This document shows positions 10,447-22,790 of a DNA stretch of 64,000 nt, in pieces. A model generated the notes under the pieces. That model saw only the letters and a list, made by a program, of their open reading frames with translations, was not told the DNA's origin and made no database searches. A program made the translations under genes and the position numbers. Every line of letters starts with the position of its first letter. Positions within the stretch are counted from its first letter, which is position 1. The DNA comes from an uncultured Gammaproteobacteria bacterium (GTDB taxonomy: Bacteria; Pseudomonadota; Gammaproteobacteria; Steroidobacterales; Steroidobacteraceae). The DNA lies in contig CAVVBC010000010.1 in the NCBI GenBank assembly GCA_963746325.1, forward strand, positions 5,493 to 69,492. The letters are read 5' to 3'.

Positions 10447-11171
10447 GGGGCTAGCTCCTCGACCGGAATGCGATCTTCCAGCAGTGCGCGGCCGCTGATC
10501 GCGGCGCTGGCGCCGGCGGCGGCCAGTGCGGCGAGATCGGCGCCGCTGCTGACACCACCCGATGACTGCCATTGGATCGTGGGGAACCGTCGCACGGCCT
10601 CAGCGTACAACTCGAGATTGGGGCCGGCCAGCGCGCCGTCGCGGGCCACGTCGGTGCACAGCACGTGCACGGCCCCGTGCGGCAGGTAGGCCGCTACCGC
10701 GTCCCACAGGCTCGACTCTGTCTGCGCCTCCCAGCCATGCGTCGTGAGCCGCGGCGTACCGGTTGCATCGACGCGCACGTCGAAGGCGAGAACGATGCGG
10801 TCAGGCCCGAAATCACGCAACCACTGCTGGATCTCGGGCGGATGGGTCACGGCCACGCTGCCGACGACGACGCGTCGAACACCCAGGCCGAGCAATTCGG
10901 CCGCCACGGCTCGGGTGCGGACGCCGCCGCCCACCTGGATGCCGGTATCGGCAAACGCGGTGGCGAGACCGGCAATGGCCGCCCGATTGCCCTGCGAGCC
11001 ATCGCGCGCGCCGTCGAGGTCGACGACGTGGACGTAACGCGCGCCCAGGCTGCGGTAGCGCTCCAGGATCACGCGCGGGTCGTTGCCGTAGACGGTCTCG
11101 GCGTCGAAACGGCCCTGCAGCAGTCGCACGCACTGGCCGCCGCGCAGGTCGATGGCAGGGATCAGTTGCAT
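10428..11171 (-). CDS. hisA: 1-(5-phosphoribosyl)-5-[(5-phosphoribosylamino)methylideneamino]imidazole-4-carboxamide isomerase
   Basis: [22 protein letters not shown]... with ATG at 11171. Confidence 0.9.
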   Translation of the reverse strand: MQLIPAIDLRGGQCVRLLQGRFDAETVYGNDPRVILERYRSLGARYVHVVDLDGARDGSQGNRAAIAGLATAFADTGIQVGGGVRTRAVAAELLGLGVRRVVVGSVAVTHPPEIQQWLRDFGPDRIVLAFDVRVDATGTPRLTTHGWEAQTESSLWDAVAAYLPHGAVHVLCTDVARDGALAGPNLELYAEAVRRFPTIQWQSSGGVSSGADLAALAAAGASAAISGRALLEDRIPVEELAPFLPSA

Positions 11172-11172
11172 G

Positions 11173-11771
11173 TCAGGTGAGCTCGAGGAAATTGGCGAGC
11201 ACGCGGTGTCCCGCCTGCGACGAGCGCTCCGGGTGGAACTGGGTGCCCATGAAATTGCGGTGCCGCACCACGGCGGAGAACTCGCCGCCGTAGTCGGTGA
11301 CCGCATCGGTCCAGGCGCCGACCGGCGCGCAGTAGCTGTGCACGAAATAGACGTAGGCCCCGGCGTCGAGGCCGCGCGTCAGCGGCGACTCGGGACGCGG
11401 CTGCAACTGGTTCCAGCCCATGTGCGGCACCGGAAATGCCAGGCGCGTCCGGCAGGCGGGAGACGCGCGCCGGAATGATGCCGAGGCATCCGGTCTCGCC
11501 TTCCTCGCTGGCGACGAAGAGCAGCTGCATCCCGAGGCAGATGCCCAGCACCGGCTGGGTCGAGCGTCGGGATCACGGTGGCGAGGCCAGAGGCCCGCAA
11601 GCGATCCATGGCGTCGGCTGCGGCACCCACCCCGGGCAGGATCACGCGCGGCGCTCGACGAATCTCTGCCGGGTTCGCGGTGACAGCCGACGACGCGCCG
11701 AGCCGGTCGAGCGCGAAGCGCAGCGAGGCGATGTTGGCACCGCCGTTGTCGATGATCGCGACGTCGGTCAT
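11173..11771 (-). pseudogene. hisH: imidazole glycerol phosphate synthase glutaminase subunit, two frameshifts as given
   Basis: [17 protein letters not shown], then VLGICLGMQLLF, then PHMGWNQL...FVHSY...FHPERS lie in three frames. Shifts are near 11558 (gacCCAgcc) and near 11433. Confidence 0.85.
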
Positions 11772-11787
11772 GGCCCGCTGGACTCGC

Positions 11788-12869
11788 TCACAGCACGCCC
11801 TTGCTGCTTGGCAGTTCCGTGCCCTCGATGCGCACGGCCTGGCGCAGGGCGCGTCCGGTGGCCTTGAAGCAGGCTTCGATCATGTGATGAGAGTTGTCGC
11901 CAGTGACCTGCACGTGCACCGCCGCGAGCAGCGCAGTCGGCCAGCGAACGGAAGAAATGCGGCACCAGTTCGGTGGGCAAGCCGCCGACGGCGTCGCGCC
12001 CGAACTGGCCTTCGAACACCGCATACGCGCGGCCCGAGAGGTCGATGGCTACCTGCGCCTGCGCCTCGTCCATCGGCAGCACGAAGCCGAAGCGCGCGAT
12101 GCCGCGCTTGTCGCCGAGCGCCTCGCGCAAAGCCTGGCCCAGCGCCAGCGCGCAGTCCTCGACGGTGTGGTGCTCGTCGATCTCGAGGTCGCCCGTGCAG
12201 GTGAGCTCGAGCGCGAAGCCGCCGTGCCGCGCAACCTGCTCGAGCATGTGGTCGTAGAAGCCGATGCCGGTGGCAATGGCGACGGGGCCCGCGCTGTCGA
12301 GGTTCACCCGCACCCGGATGTCGGTCTCCTTGGTCTTGCGCAAGACGGTTGCGACGCGCGTGCGGGCGGCGCAGCTGCTCGACGATGGCAGCCCACGTCG
12401 CGCCGTCGCGGCCGTCGGCGCGCACGCGCAGTCCCTGCAGCCCCAGGTTGGCGGCCAGCTGCAGGTCGGTATCGCGATCGCCGATGACGTAACTGTGGCG
12501 CGGGTCGAGCGGGTGGTCGCGCAGGTAGTCGGTGAGCAGGCCGGTCTGGGGCTTGCGGCACGCACAGCCATCGGCGGGGCGGTGCGGGCAGAAGAACTCG
12601 GCGTCGAACTCGATGCCTTGCGACGTGAAGAGTGCGCGAATGAAGTCCTGCGTCTCGCGGAAGGCGGGCTCGGGGAACGACGCCGTGCCGAGCCCGTCCT
12701 GGTTGCTGACCAGCACGAAGCGGTAGCCCGCCTGCCGCAGTTCGAGCAGGGCAGGGATGACACCGGGCAGCAGTCGCACCTTGGTCACGCTGTCGACCTG
12801 TTCGTCGGCAGGCTCTTCGACCAGCGTGCCGTCGCGGTCGATGAACAGGATGTGCTGCGCTCCGCTCAT
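11788..12869 (-). pseudogene. hisB: bifunctional histidinol-phosphatase / imidazoleglycerol-phosphate dehydratase, two frameshifts as given
   Basis: HAD part: [39 protein letters not shown] part: [29 protein letters not shown]. Shifts are near 12380 and near 11935. Confidence 0.85.
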
Positions 12870-13924
12870 GCTCGCTCCACCGCGGCCAGCAGCCGCTCGT
12901 TCTGTGCCGGGGTTCCGATCGACACGCGCAGGCACTGCGCCAATCCGGGGTACGACGAGAAGTCGCGCACGATGAGTCCGGCGTCCTTGCCCGCCTCGAA
13001 GAACCGCCGCGCGTCGCGGCATTCGAGCAGCAGGAAGTTGGCGTCCGAAGGGTAGACCCGCGCCACGTTGCCGCAGCGCTCGAGGCGCTCCGCCATCCGC
13101 GCGCGCTCGTCGAGCAGTGTGCGTATGCGCGCCGCGGCAGTCGCTCGCTGCGGTGCCTCGGTGAGCATCAGTACTTCTTCGACGGTCGAGGCCGGGATGG
13201 CGTAGGGCGGAATGATCCGGCGCAACAGGCCGATGATGTCTTCGCTGGCAATGACGGTGCCGAGGCGCGCGCCGGCGAGCGCATACGCCTTCGACAGCGT
13301 GCGCAACAGCACGAGATTGGGAAACTCGGCCGAGTCGCGACACCAGGCTGGGTCGCCCGCAGAATTCGACGTAGGCTTCGTCGACCACGACGAGCGCCTT
13401 GCCGGCGAGCTCGCTGCAGACGCGCAGCATCGCGCCTTCGTCGAGCAGGTTGCCCGTGGGATTGTTGGGTGAGCACAGGAACACGATCTTGGCCTCGCGG
13501 CCCGCCGCAATGACCTGCTCTGTATCGAGGCTGAAACCCGCGCGCAGCAGCGGTACCTCGAGCACGCCCGCACCCTGGATTTTCGCGGCCACCTTGTAGA
13601 AGCCGAACGTGGGCGGGGTGATGACGACGTTGTCCTGCCCGGCGCGGCAGAACGCGCGCACCAGCAGGTCGATGGCTTCGTCGCTGCCGCGCCCCACGAG
13701 CAGCTGCGCGGCAGGTGCGCCGTAGAGCTGCGACATGCGCTCGACCAGGGCCCGCGGCTGCGGTTCCGGGTAGCGGTTGAGGCCGGCCTGCGTGTTGTCG
13801 CCCGTGGCTCGCCACGGCATCTCGTTGGCGTGCATGCGCTCCAGCGTGGGATCCCACGCGGCATGCTGGTAAGGCTGCAACTGCAGGATGTCGGGCCGGG
13901 CCAGTGCCAGGATGGGGTTGGTCA

Positions 13925-13925
<1 letters not shown>
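12866..13925 (-). pseudogene. hisC: histidinol-phosphate aminotransferase, frameshift as given
   Basis: MTNPILALARPDILQLQPY...SPNNPTGN, then FPNLVLLRTLSKAYALAG in another frame. The shift is near 13340. Confidence 0.85.
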
Positions 13926-15247
<1,322 letters not shown>

Positions 15248-15251
<4 letters not shown>

Positions 15252-16147
15252 GCGAGCATCTTCTCCACCGGCAGCACCAGCACGGCGCTGGCGCCGGCCG
15301 CTTTCAGGCTTTCGAGCGTCTCCCAGAAGACGGTTTCACGACAGACCGCGTGCACGGCGACCTTGTCGCCCGTGCCATCGAGCGGAATCACGGTGGGGGA
15401 CTCGCTGCCCGGCAGCAGCTTGGCGATCTGCGGCAGCGCCGAGCGCGGCGCGTGCAGCATGATGTACTTGCTTTCACGCACCTGCTGCACGCCGTCGATG
15501 CGCACCAGCAGGCGGCGCACCCAGTCCGCCTTGACGTCCGGCAGCGCGATCGGGGTGCGGACCAGGCAGACCTGGCTTTCGAGCACGGTGATCACTTCGC
15601 GCAGGTGGTTGGCCCGCAGCGTCGACCCGGTCGAGACGAGGTCGCAGATCAGGTCCGCGCGACCGAGGCGTGGCGCGATTTCCACGGCCCCCGACAGCGT
15701 GACGATTTCGGCCGTGATCGCCTGCTCCTGCAGGAACCGCGCGAGCACGTGCGGGTAGGTGGTGGCGATGCGCTTGCCCGCAATGGACTGCAGCCCGTCA
15801 AACACGTAGTCGTCGGGCACCGCGAGCGCCAGGCGGCAGCGCCCGTAGTCGAGCTTCTGCAGCACCTCGATGCGGGGGGGCGTGCCACGCGCGAGCATCG
15901 CCAGCCGCTTTTCCTCGAGCACGTTGAGCCCGACGAGACCGAGGTCGCAGACGTCCTCCTGGACCAGGTCCGGAATGTCGTCGTCGCGCACGAAGAGCAC
16001 GTCGAGCGGCATGTTCTCGCCGTAGCACATCAGCTGGTCCTTGCCCCGGCTGAACTTGAGCCCGCAGCGGTGGAGCAGGTCGAGCGACTCGTCCGTGAGC
16101 CGGCCGGATTTCTGCACGGCGATGCGCAGGCGTTGCTGGCGATCCAT
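15248..16147 (-). CDS. hisG: ATP phosphoribosyltransferase (long form)
   Basis: 299 aa: MDRQQRLRIAVQKSGRL...DLVSTGSTLRAN. The ATG overlaps the stop of the upstream yerC-like gene (TGATG). Confidence 0.95.
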
Positions 16148-16455
16148 CAGCGTTCTCCGAGGCGGCGGGCCGCCAGTTCGTAGCCACCGTTGCCCGAGCC
16201 CAGGTAGCGGGCGACCCGGCCGATGGTGGTGACGCTCACCCCGGTCTGCTTGGCGATCTCGCGGTACGGCATGCCGGCCTGCAGCAGGCCGACGACCGTC
16301 CAGCGATCGGCCAGGGCCTGCAGCTCGGCGGGCGTGCAGAGGTCGCGCAGGAAGGCGCGGCATTCGTCGACCGTCTTCAGCGTCAACAGTGCCTGGCACA
16401 GCGCGCGTTCGGCGGCCGCTTCCTGGCGCGGCGAAATTCCATGGTGATTCTTCAC
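16147..16455 (-). CDS. YerC/YecD-type TrpR-like DNA-binding protein, first gene of the his operon
   Basis: 102 aa with LCTPAELQALADRWTVVGLL, MPYREIAKQTGVSVTTIGRVAR and GSGNGGY. GTG start. Confidence 0.8.
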   Translation of the reverse strand: MKNHHGISPRQEAAAERALCQALLTLKTVDECRAFLRDLCTPAELQALADRWTVVGLLQAGMPYREIAKQTGVSVTTIGRVARYLGSGNGGYELAARRLGER

Positions 16456-16475
16456 GGGGTCTCGAGTGGCGGGCG

Positions 16476-16503
16476 TGTATTAATGTGATAGCACGTTAAT
16501 ACA
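16476..16503. promoter_or_regulatory. AT-rich inverted repeat just upstream of the yerC-like/his operon start (candidate promoter or operator)
   Basis: TGTATTAA-N12-TTAATACA lies 21-48 nt upstream of the GTG at 16455. It is the only AT-rich patch in this intergenic region. Confidence 0.35.
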
Positions 16504-16577
16504 TTGGAACGGTTTGCGCAACTCGGGGATGGGTTTGCCGGAGTCAGCCGGGCAGCTGCCAGCGCCATCAGGCGCCC

Positions 16578-16677
16578 CCGGTCCGGACGCGTCCCGAAAA
16601 ACGCCGTAAACCCGTCCCTGGGGGCTCCGGCCGCGCCATCCATGGCGCGGACGGTTTTCGGAACGCGTCCGGACCGG
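16578..16677. repeat. long imperfect palindrome (~27-bp arms) with a nested GCGCCATccATGGCGC palindrome
   Basis: ccggtccggacgcgtcccgaaaaacgccgt ... acggttttcggaacgcgtccggaccgg. Unrelated in sequence to the conserved-loop hairpin family. Confidence 0.55.
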
Positions 16678-16784
16678 AGTCGCCGCTGGCGCCGAAATGA
16701 CCTCGTAGCCTGCCGGCGTGCCAACCCCCGAGTTGCACCAGCCGTTCCTTGCGCTAACGTGCTGTGGCACCTAAACTTCCCGCC

Positions 16785-16899
16785 GCTCATCGAGACCGGC
16801 TGAGGGAATGGCCCTTTGAAGCCGGGGCAACCATCGGGCCCAACCTGCCCGAAATGGTGCCAACTCCTCGGGGACCCTTGCGCGTCGCCGGAAGATGAG
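16785..16899 (+). promoter_or_regulatory. SAM-I (S-box) riboswitch
   Basis: gCTCATCgAGAccGGCtGAGGGAatGGCCCtttGAAGCCggGGCAACC...GGTGCCAActCC...gAAGATGAG matches the S-box P1-P4 core. A GC hairpin follows at 16914-16934. It lies upstream of metX. Confidence 0.9.
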
Positions 16900-17064
16900 T
16901 TGCAGCGAGGCTGCCCCGGCCGCTCTGGCCGGGGGTGTTGGTCGCCGCAACCATCCACTTGCGCGCGCAATTTCCTTCGGCGGGTCACACCTCGGGCAGC
17001 AGGCCGGCACGGGCCTCGTTTGTTTCGCGTGCCCGAATGATTCGAGAATCGAGCAGCCGTCGCC

Positions 17065-18172
17065 GTGTCGTCTTCGTCCGTCCCCGTCAATGCCGAATCG
17101 CAGACGTCAGCCACCGCGGCGGATGACGGCGCGGCCGATCCGTCTTCGCTCGATCCGGCGGCTGCGCTGCGTCCCATTTCGTTGCCGCCCGGTTATACCT
17201 GCGACGAGGGCATCCTGGTTCTCGACGGCGAACCGTTCCCGCTGCACTTCGGTGGCACGCTGCCGCGCGTCGAGATCGCCTATCGGCTGGCGGGCGCGGC
17301 TGACGCCCCGGTCGTCGTCGTGCTCGGCGGCATCTCGGCCGGTCGCAACGTATTCAAGGTCCGGGAGGGCGTGGCGGGGTGGTGGGACGAGATCGCAGGG
17401 CCCGGCAAGGCGCTCGATACCGACCGGTTCCGCATTTTGGGCATCGATTTCCTCGGCGGCAGTCATCGCACCACCGGGCCGGGCCATGGCGAGGTGTTTC
17501 CCAGCGTCAGTGCGCACGACCAGGCGGCCTGCCTGCTGGCCGTGATGGATCATCTTGGCATCGAGTGCCTGCACGGCTGCATCGGCGCGTCCTACGGCGG
17601 CATGGTGACGCTGGTGCTCGGCGCCAGGCACGCGGCGCGACTGCGCTATGGCATCGTCGTCAGCGCCGCGCACCGCACTCATCCCATGTCCACGGCGTGG
17701 CGCAGCGTGCAGCGCAATTTCGTGCGCTACGCCATCGGCCACGGCGAAGGCGAGCAGGGCCTCGCGCTTGGCCCGCGCCCTGGCCATGACCACCTACCGC
17801 TCGGTGCGCGAGTTCGAGGACCGCTTTCCCGGCGAGGCGCAGCGCAACGAGGCTGGACAGTTCGTGTTCCCGGTCGAGGCGTACATCGTCGCGCGTGGCG
17901 AGGCCTATGCAAAGACCTATCGGCCGGAGGCGTTCGTCTGCCTGTCGGAATCGATCGACCTGCACCGCATCGAACCCGAGACCATCACGGTCCCGATGAC
18001 GTTCGTCGCCGTGCTCGAAGACCAACTGGTGCCCGCAGCGGACATGCGCGCCCTGCGTGACCGCTTCGGCGGCAACTGCCAGCTGGTCGAGATCAATTCA
18101 ATGTACGGCCACGACGCCTTCTTCAAGGAGTCGGGCGTGCTGGCCGACGTTTTCTATCGCACACTCGCCTGA
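17065..18172 (+). pseudogene. metX: homoserine O-acyltransferase (MetX family), one frameshift as given
   Basis: GGISAGR and GASYGGM are in frame 1. ARALAMTTYRSVREFEDRF...YGHDAFF is in frame 2. The shift is near 17770. Confidence 0.85.
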
Positions 18173-18195
18173 ACGGGGGCCCGCAGCGGATTCTC

Positions 18196-19362
18196 ATGAG
18201 CAAGCAGCAAGACAGCATCCAGACCCGCACCGTGCGGGCGGCCCTCGAGACCGACACGCAGCACGGCGCCGTCGTGCCGCCGATCCACCTGACTTCGACT
18301 TTCGCGTTCGCGGGCTATGGTGAGAAGCGCGAATACGATTACTCCCGCTCCGGCAACCCGACTCGCGACGCCCTCGGGCGCGCGCTAGCCGATCTGGAAG
18401 GGGGCGCGGGCGCGGTGGTCACGGCATCGGGCATGGGCGCCGTCTCGCTGGTGACGCAGTTGTTCAAGCCCGACCAGGTGGCCGTCGTCCCGCACGATTG
18501 CTATGGCGGCACGTATCGCCTGTTCAATGCGCTGAACCTGCGCGGGGCGCTCAAGGTCCAGTTCGTCGACTTCCAGGACGCCAGGGCGCTGCAGGCGGCC
18601 CTCGACGCGCGCCCGGCGCTGGTGTGGATCGAAACCCCCAGCAATCCCCTGCTGCGGATCGTCGACGTGGCGGCCGTCGCAGCCGGGGCGAAGGCGGTGG
18701 GTGCACTGGTCGTCGCCGACAACACATTCCTGTCGCCGGTCTGGCAGCGGCCGCTGGAACTGGGCGCCGATCTCGTCATTCACTCGACCACCAAGTACCT
18801 GAACGGCCACAGCGACGTCGTCGGCGGTGCGGTCATCGCCGCCACGCCGGAGCTGCATGAGCAGGTGCGCTGGTGGGGCAACTGCATCGGCGTGACCGGC
18901 GCGCCGTTCGACAGCTTCCTGACGCTGCGCGGTTTGCGCACGCTGCATGCCCGCATGCGGGCGCATGGCGAGAACGCTCAACGCGTTGCCGAACTGCTGG
19001 TGCGTCATCCTGCGGTCGCGCGGGTGTACTACCCGGGCCTGGCGGATCACCCGGGTCACGCAATCGCGAACCGCCAGCAGCACGGGTTCGGGGCGATGGT
19101 CAGCTTCGAGTTGGCCGGGGGCGTCGCGAACGTGAAGGCGTTCATCGAGCACGTCGAGTTGTTCTCGCTGGCCGAGTCGCTGGGCGGCGTCGAAAGCCTG
19201 GTGGCCCATCCGGCGAGCATGACGCACGCGGCGATGGACGAAGCTGCGCGGGAACGCGCTGGGATTTCCGCGACGTTGATGCGGTTGTCGATCGGTATCG
19301 AGCAGGGTGATGACTTGCTGCGCGACCTGGCGGCGGGGCTCGACGCGGCGGGGCGTGCCTGA
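18196..19362 (+). CDS. metB: cystathionine gamma-synthase / O-succinylhomoserine (thiol)-lyase family PLP enzyme
   Basis: 388 aa with STTKYLNGHSD (PLP-Lys motif) and SLGGVESL. Confidence 0.85.
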   Translation: MSKQQDSIQTRTVRAALETDTQHGAVVPPIHLTSTFAFAGYGEKREYDYSRSGNPTRDALGRALADLEGGAGAVVTASGMGAVSLVTQLFKPDQVAVVPHDCYGGTYRLFNALNLRGALKVQFVDFQDARALQAALDARPALVWIETPSNPLLRIVDVAAVAAGAKAVGALVVADNTFLSPVWQRPLELGADLVIHSTTKYLNGHSDVVGGAVIAATPELHEQVRWWGNCIGVTGAPFDSFLTLRGLRTLHARMRAHGENAQRVAELLVRHPAVARVYYPGLADHPGHAIANRQQHGFGAMVSFELAGGVANVKAFIEHVELFSLAESLGGVESLVAHPASMTHAAMDEAARERAGISATLMRLSIGIEQGDDLLRDLAAGLDAAGRA

Positions 19363-19404
19363 ACCGCGCTTACGCGGGACGCCGGCACAACAAGGCGATC
19401 GCAC

Positions 19405-19437
19405 AAAAAAAGAAGGCCGGCATTGCTGCCGGCCTTC
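19405..19437 (-). terminator. intrinsic terminator of the ilvC-leu operon
   Basis: The minus strand reads GAAGGCCGGCA-gcaa-TGCCGGCCTTC followed by TTTTTTT. Confidence 0.8.
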
Positions 19438-19605
19438 GGGTGGACCCGAGCTGCCTCATTCCATGAGACAAAGACTAACCCGACTCAAGTCCGCACCACT
19501 CGGAGATTCGATCTGAAAACTGGGAGCAGGGGCCTGCAGCCGCCTGCGGACGCGCAGTATAGCGCCGAAAATCCGGTCGGAGTCCACCCCGGCGTGGGCG
19601 ATTTT

Positions 19606-20745
19606 TCAGCCGGCCGCGGGTTCTAAACCTGAGCTTGACAGTTTCTGTGGATAAGTCTCTAAGTAATTGAATTTTAATGGTTTGACATTAGACCGATCGA
19701 CGACGGCTGCCCCCGCCTCCCGGCTGCCTACGGGGGTCTTGCCGGGCAGGGCGATGTCGGTGGTGCGCACGCCCGACGTGAGGGCGGATTCCACGGCCGC
19801 CTCGACCGCCAGCGCCTCGTCCTCCAGTCCGAGCGAATGCCGCAGCAGCAGCGCCGCGCTCAGGATGGTGCCGTACGGATTCGCGATACCGCGACCTGCG
19901 ATGTCCGGCGCCGAGCCGTGGATGGGTTCGTACAGGCCGTTGCTGCCTTCGCCGAGCGACGCCGACGGCAACAGCCCCAGCGAGCCGACGATCATCGAGG
20001 CTTCGTCGGTCAGGATGTCGCCGAACATGTTCTCGGTGAGCAGGACGTCGAACGAGGCGGGCCGGCGGATCAGGTGCATCGCGGCCGCATCGACCAGCAT
20101 GTGTTCGAACTCGACTTGCGGGAATTCCTCGCGCAGCACGCGCTCGGCAACGGATCGCCACAGCCGCGACGTCTCGAGCACGTTGGCCTTGTCGACCGAG
20201 ACGATGCGGCGCCGCCGGCCCAGCGCCAGCCGGCCTGCCATGCGCGTGACGCGCTCCACTTCGGCGGTCGTGTAGGTGCAGACGTCTTCGGCTTCGTGCG
20301 CCGTGCGGCTCTTCCTGCCGAAGTAGATGCCGCCCGTGAGTTCGCGCACGACCATGATGTCGGTGCCCTTGATGATCTCGGGCTTGAGCGGCGAGGCATC
20401 CAGCATCGAGTCCATGGTGCGGACGGGACGCAGGTTGGCGAACACGCCGAGCGTGCGGCGCAATTCCAGCAGGCCTTGCTCAGGCCGCACGCGCGCGGCC
20501 GGGTCGGACCACTGCGGGCCGCCCACCGCGCCGAGCAGCGTCGCGGCACTCTCACGGCACGCGTCGATCGTGCGCGGCGGCAGTGCGGAACCGGAGGCAT
20601 CGATGGCAGCGCCGCCGATCAGGGCTTCGGCGAACTCGAACTCGTGGCCGTGACGGGCTGCGACGGCCTGCAGCACCCGGACGGCCTCGGCCGTGACCTC
20701 GGGGCCGATGCCGTCGCCACCGAGTACTGCAATGCGGGCCTTCAT
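19606..20745 (-). CDS. leuB: 3-isopropylmalate dehydrogenase
   Basis: [17 protein letters not shown] and [10 protein letters not shown]. The last ~25 codons (19606-19680) are AT-rich and atypical, so the true stop is probably near 19680. Confidence 0.9.
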   Translation of the reverse strand: MKARIAVLGGDGIGPEVTAEAVRVLQAVAARHGHEFEFAEALIGGAAIDASGSALPPRTIDACRESAATLLGAVGGPQWSDPAARVRPEQGLLELRRTLGVFANLRPVRTMDSMLDASPLKPEIIKGTDIMVVRELTGGIYFGRKSRTAHEAEDVCTYTTAEVERVTRMAGRLALGRRRRIVSVDKANVLETSRLWRSVAERVLREEFPQVEFEHMLVDAAAMHLIRRPASFDVLLTENMFGDILTDEASMIVGSLGLLPSASLGEGSNGLYEPIHGSAPDIAGRGIANPYGTILSAALLLRHSLGLEDEALAVEAAVESALTSGVRTTDIALPGKTPVGSREAGAAVVDRSNVKPLKFNYLETYPQKLSSSGLEPAAG

Positions 20746-21327
20746 GCGCGCTTTTCCCGCGCGCGCTCGTAGCGCTCGATTGCTTCCACCTGGCTCAGCA
20801 GGTAGCCGAGTTCGTCGATGCCGTTCATGCAGGCAATAGCGCGAGAACGACTCGATGGGGAAGCTCACGGCGCGGCCGTCGGGCAGCCGCAGGACGGAGG
20901 CGGGCAGGTCGATCTCGACCTCGGCGCCCGGGTTGGCGAGCAGCCATTCATGCGTGGCGGCGTCGACGACGACCGGCAGCAGGCCGTTCTTCAGGCTGTT
21001 GTTGCGGAAGATGTCGGCGATCTCGGTGCTGATGACCACCCGGATACCGAAGTCGAGCAGGGCCCAGGGCGCGTGTTCGCGCGACGAGCCGCAGCCGATG
21101 TTGCGGCCGGCGACCAGCACCTGGCAGCCCTGCGCGGCAGGCGTGTTCAGCACGAAGTCAGGCTTCGGCTGGCCGTCCTTGTCGTACCGCCAGTCTGCAA
21201 ACAGCGAGACGCCGAGCCCATCGCGCACCGTGGTGGTGAGGAAGCGGGCCGGGATGATCTGGTCGGTGTCGATGTTGGTGGACGGCATGACGACCGTCCG
21301 CGAGCGGATGACTGTGATCGGGTCCAT
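20742..21327 (-). pseudogene. leuD: 3-isopropylmalate dehydratase small subunit, one frameshift as given
   Basis: [30 protein letters not shown]. The C-terminus [21 protein letters not shown] is in another frame, with the shift near 20828. The TGA overlaps the leuB ATG. Confidence 0.9.
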
Positions 21328-21365
21328 GTGGGGCTCTGGTTCGTTGTCTGGTGCGGGGCCCCGGC

Positions 21366-22770
21366 TCAGCCGAGGAACTCGCGCGGGTCGGTGACGCGAC
21401 CGCGCACCGCGGCAGCAGCGGCGGAGGCCGGGCTGGCGAGCAGCGTGCGTGCGCCGACGCCTTGCCGGCCTTCGAAGTTGCGGTTGCTGGTGCTGACGCA
21501 GTACTGCCCGGCGTCGACGAGATCGCCATTCATGCCGAGGCACATCGAGCAGCCCGACTCGCGCCATTCGGCGCCGGCGTCGATGAAGACCTGCGCGAGG
21601 CCCAGCTGCTCGGCTTCCAGCTTGATCTGCTGCGAACCCGGCACGACCAGCGCGCGCACGCCTGCGGCCACCTTGCGACCGCGCATGACGTGGGCGGCCG
21701 CTTCCAGGTCCGAAAGGCGCGCGTTGGTGCAGCTGCCGATGAAGACGACCTGCACCGGCTTGTCGGCCATGCGCTCACCGGCGGTGAGGCCCATGTAGGC
21801 GAGCGACTTGGCAAAGACGGCATCGCCCGGACGTTCCGGCACGTTGCCGCTGATCGTGGTGACCATGCCGGGGTTGGTGCCGAACGTGATCATCGGCTCG
21901 AGCGTGGTGGCGTCGAGCGTCACCGACTGGTCGAACGTAGCGCCCGGATCGCTGCGCAGCGTCTGCCAGTCGGCCACGGCCTGGTCCCAGTCCGCGCCCT
22001 GCGGCGCGAAGGGCCGGCCCTTCAGGTAGTCGAAGGTCGTCGCGTCCGGCGCGATCATGCCGGCACGGGCACCGGCCTCGATCGACATGTTGCAGACCGT
22101 CATGCGCTCGTCCATCGACATCGCCTCGATGGTGGAGCCGCGGAACTCGATGACGTGGCCGGTGCCGCCGTTCACGCCGATCTTGCCGATCACGGCCAGC
22201 ACGACGTCCTTGGCCGACACGCCCGCGCGGCAGCGTGCCGTTGACGACGACTTCGAGCGTCTTCGGCTTGCGCTGCAGCAGGCACTGCGTGGCGAGCACG
22301 TAGCCGACTTCCGTGGTGCCGATGCCGAAGGCGAGGGCGCCGAATGCCCCGTGCGTGCTGGTGTGGCTGTCGCCGCACACGATCGTCTTGCCGGGCTGCG
22401 TGGCGCCCTGTTCCGGACCGATGATGTGGACGATGCCACGGCGCGAATCCTGCAAGCCGATCAGGTTCACGCCGAATTCGGCGCAGTTCACCTCGAGCTG
22501 GCGCACCTGCTTGGCGGCGGACTCGAGCTTGATGGGCAGGCCGCCGAAGATCTGTGCCGTGTCGGTGGGGGTGGAGTGGTCCATCGTCGCGAGCGTGCGA
22601 TCGAGCCGGCGAACCGGCAGCTTGCGTGCGCGCAGCACGTCGAACGCCTGCGGCGAGGTGACTTCGTGAGTCAGGTGCAGGTCGATGTACAGCACGGCCG
22701 GTGTGTCGGCCGTCTCGGGCACGACCACGTGCCGCTCCCAGACTTTTTCGAACAGGCTCTGCGCAGGCAT
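21366..22770 (-). pseudogene. leuC: 3-isopropylmalate dehydratase large subunit, one frameshift as given
   Basis: [14 protein letters not shown]...[13 protein letters not shown], then [17 protein letters not shown]...[11 protein letters not shown] in another frame. The shift is near 22235. Confidence 0.9.
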
Positions 22771-22790
22771 TCGGACTCCGGTCGTAGGCT

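Noticed and set aside
19441-19600. Possible tRNA/tmRNA-like gene (minus strand contains GATCGAATCTCC resembling a T-arm, and ...GGGTCCACC near the terminator)
   Set aside because: I could not build an acceptor stem, anticodon arm or cloverleaf. The sequence does not resemble tmRNA or 6S RNA as I remember them.
19637-19645. Replication origin, suggested by the perfect DnaA box
   Set aside because: There is only a single box. There is no cluster of boxes, no AT-rich 13-mer array and no dnaA/dnaN/gidA neighbourhood.
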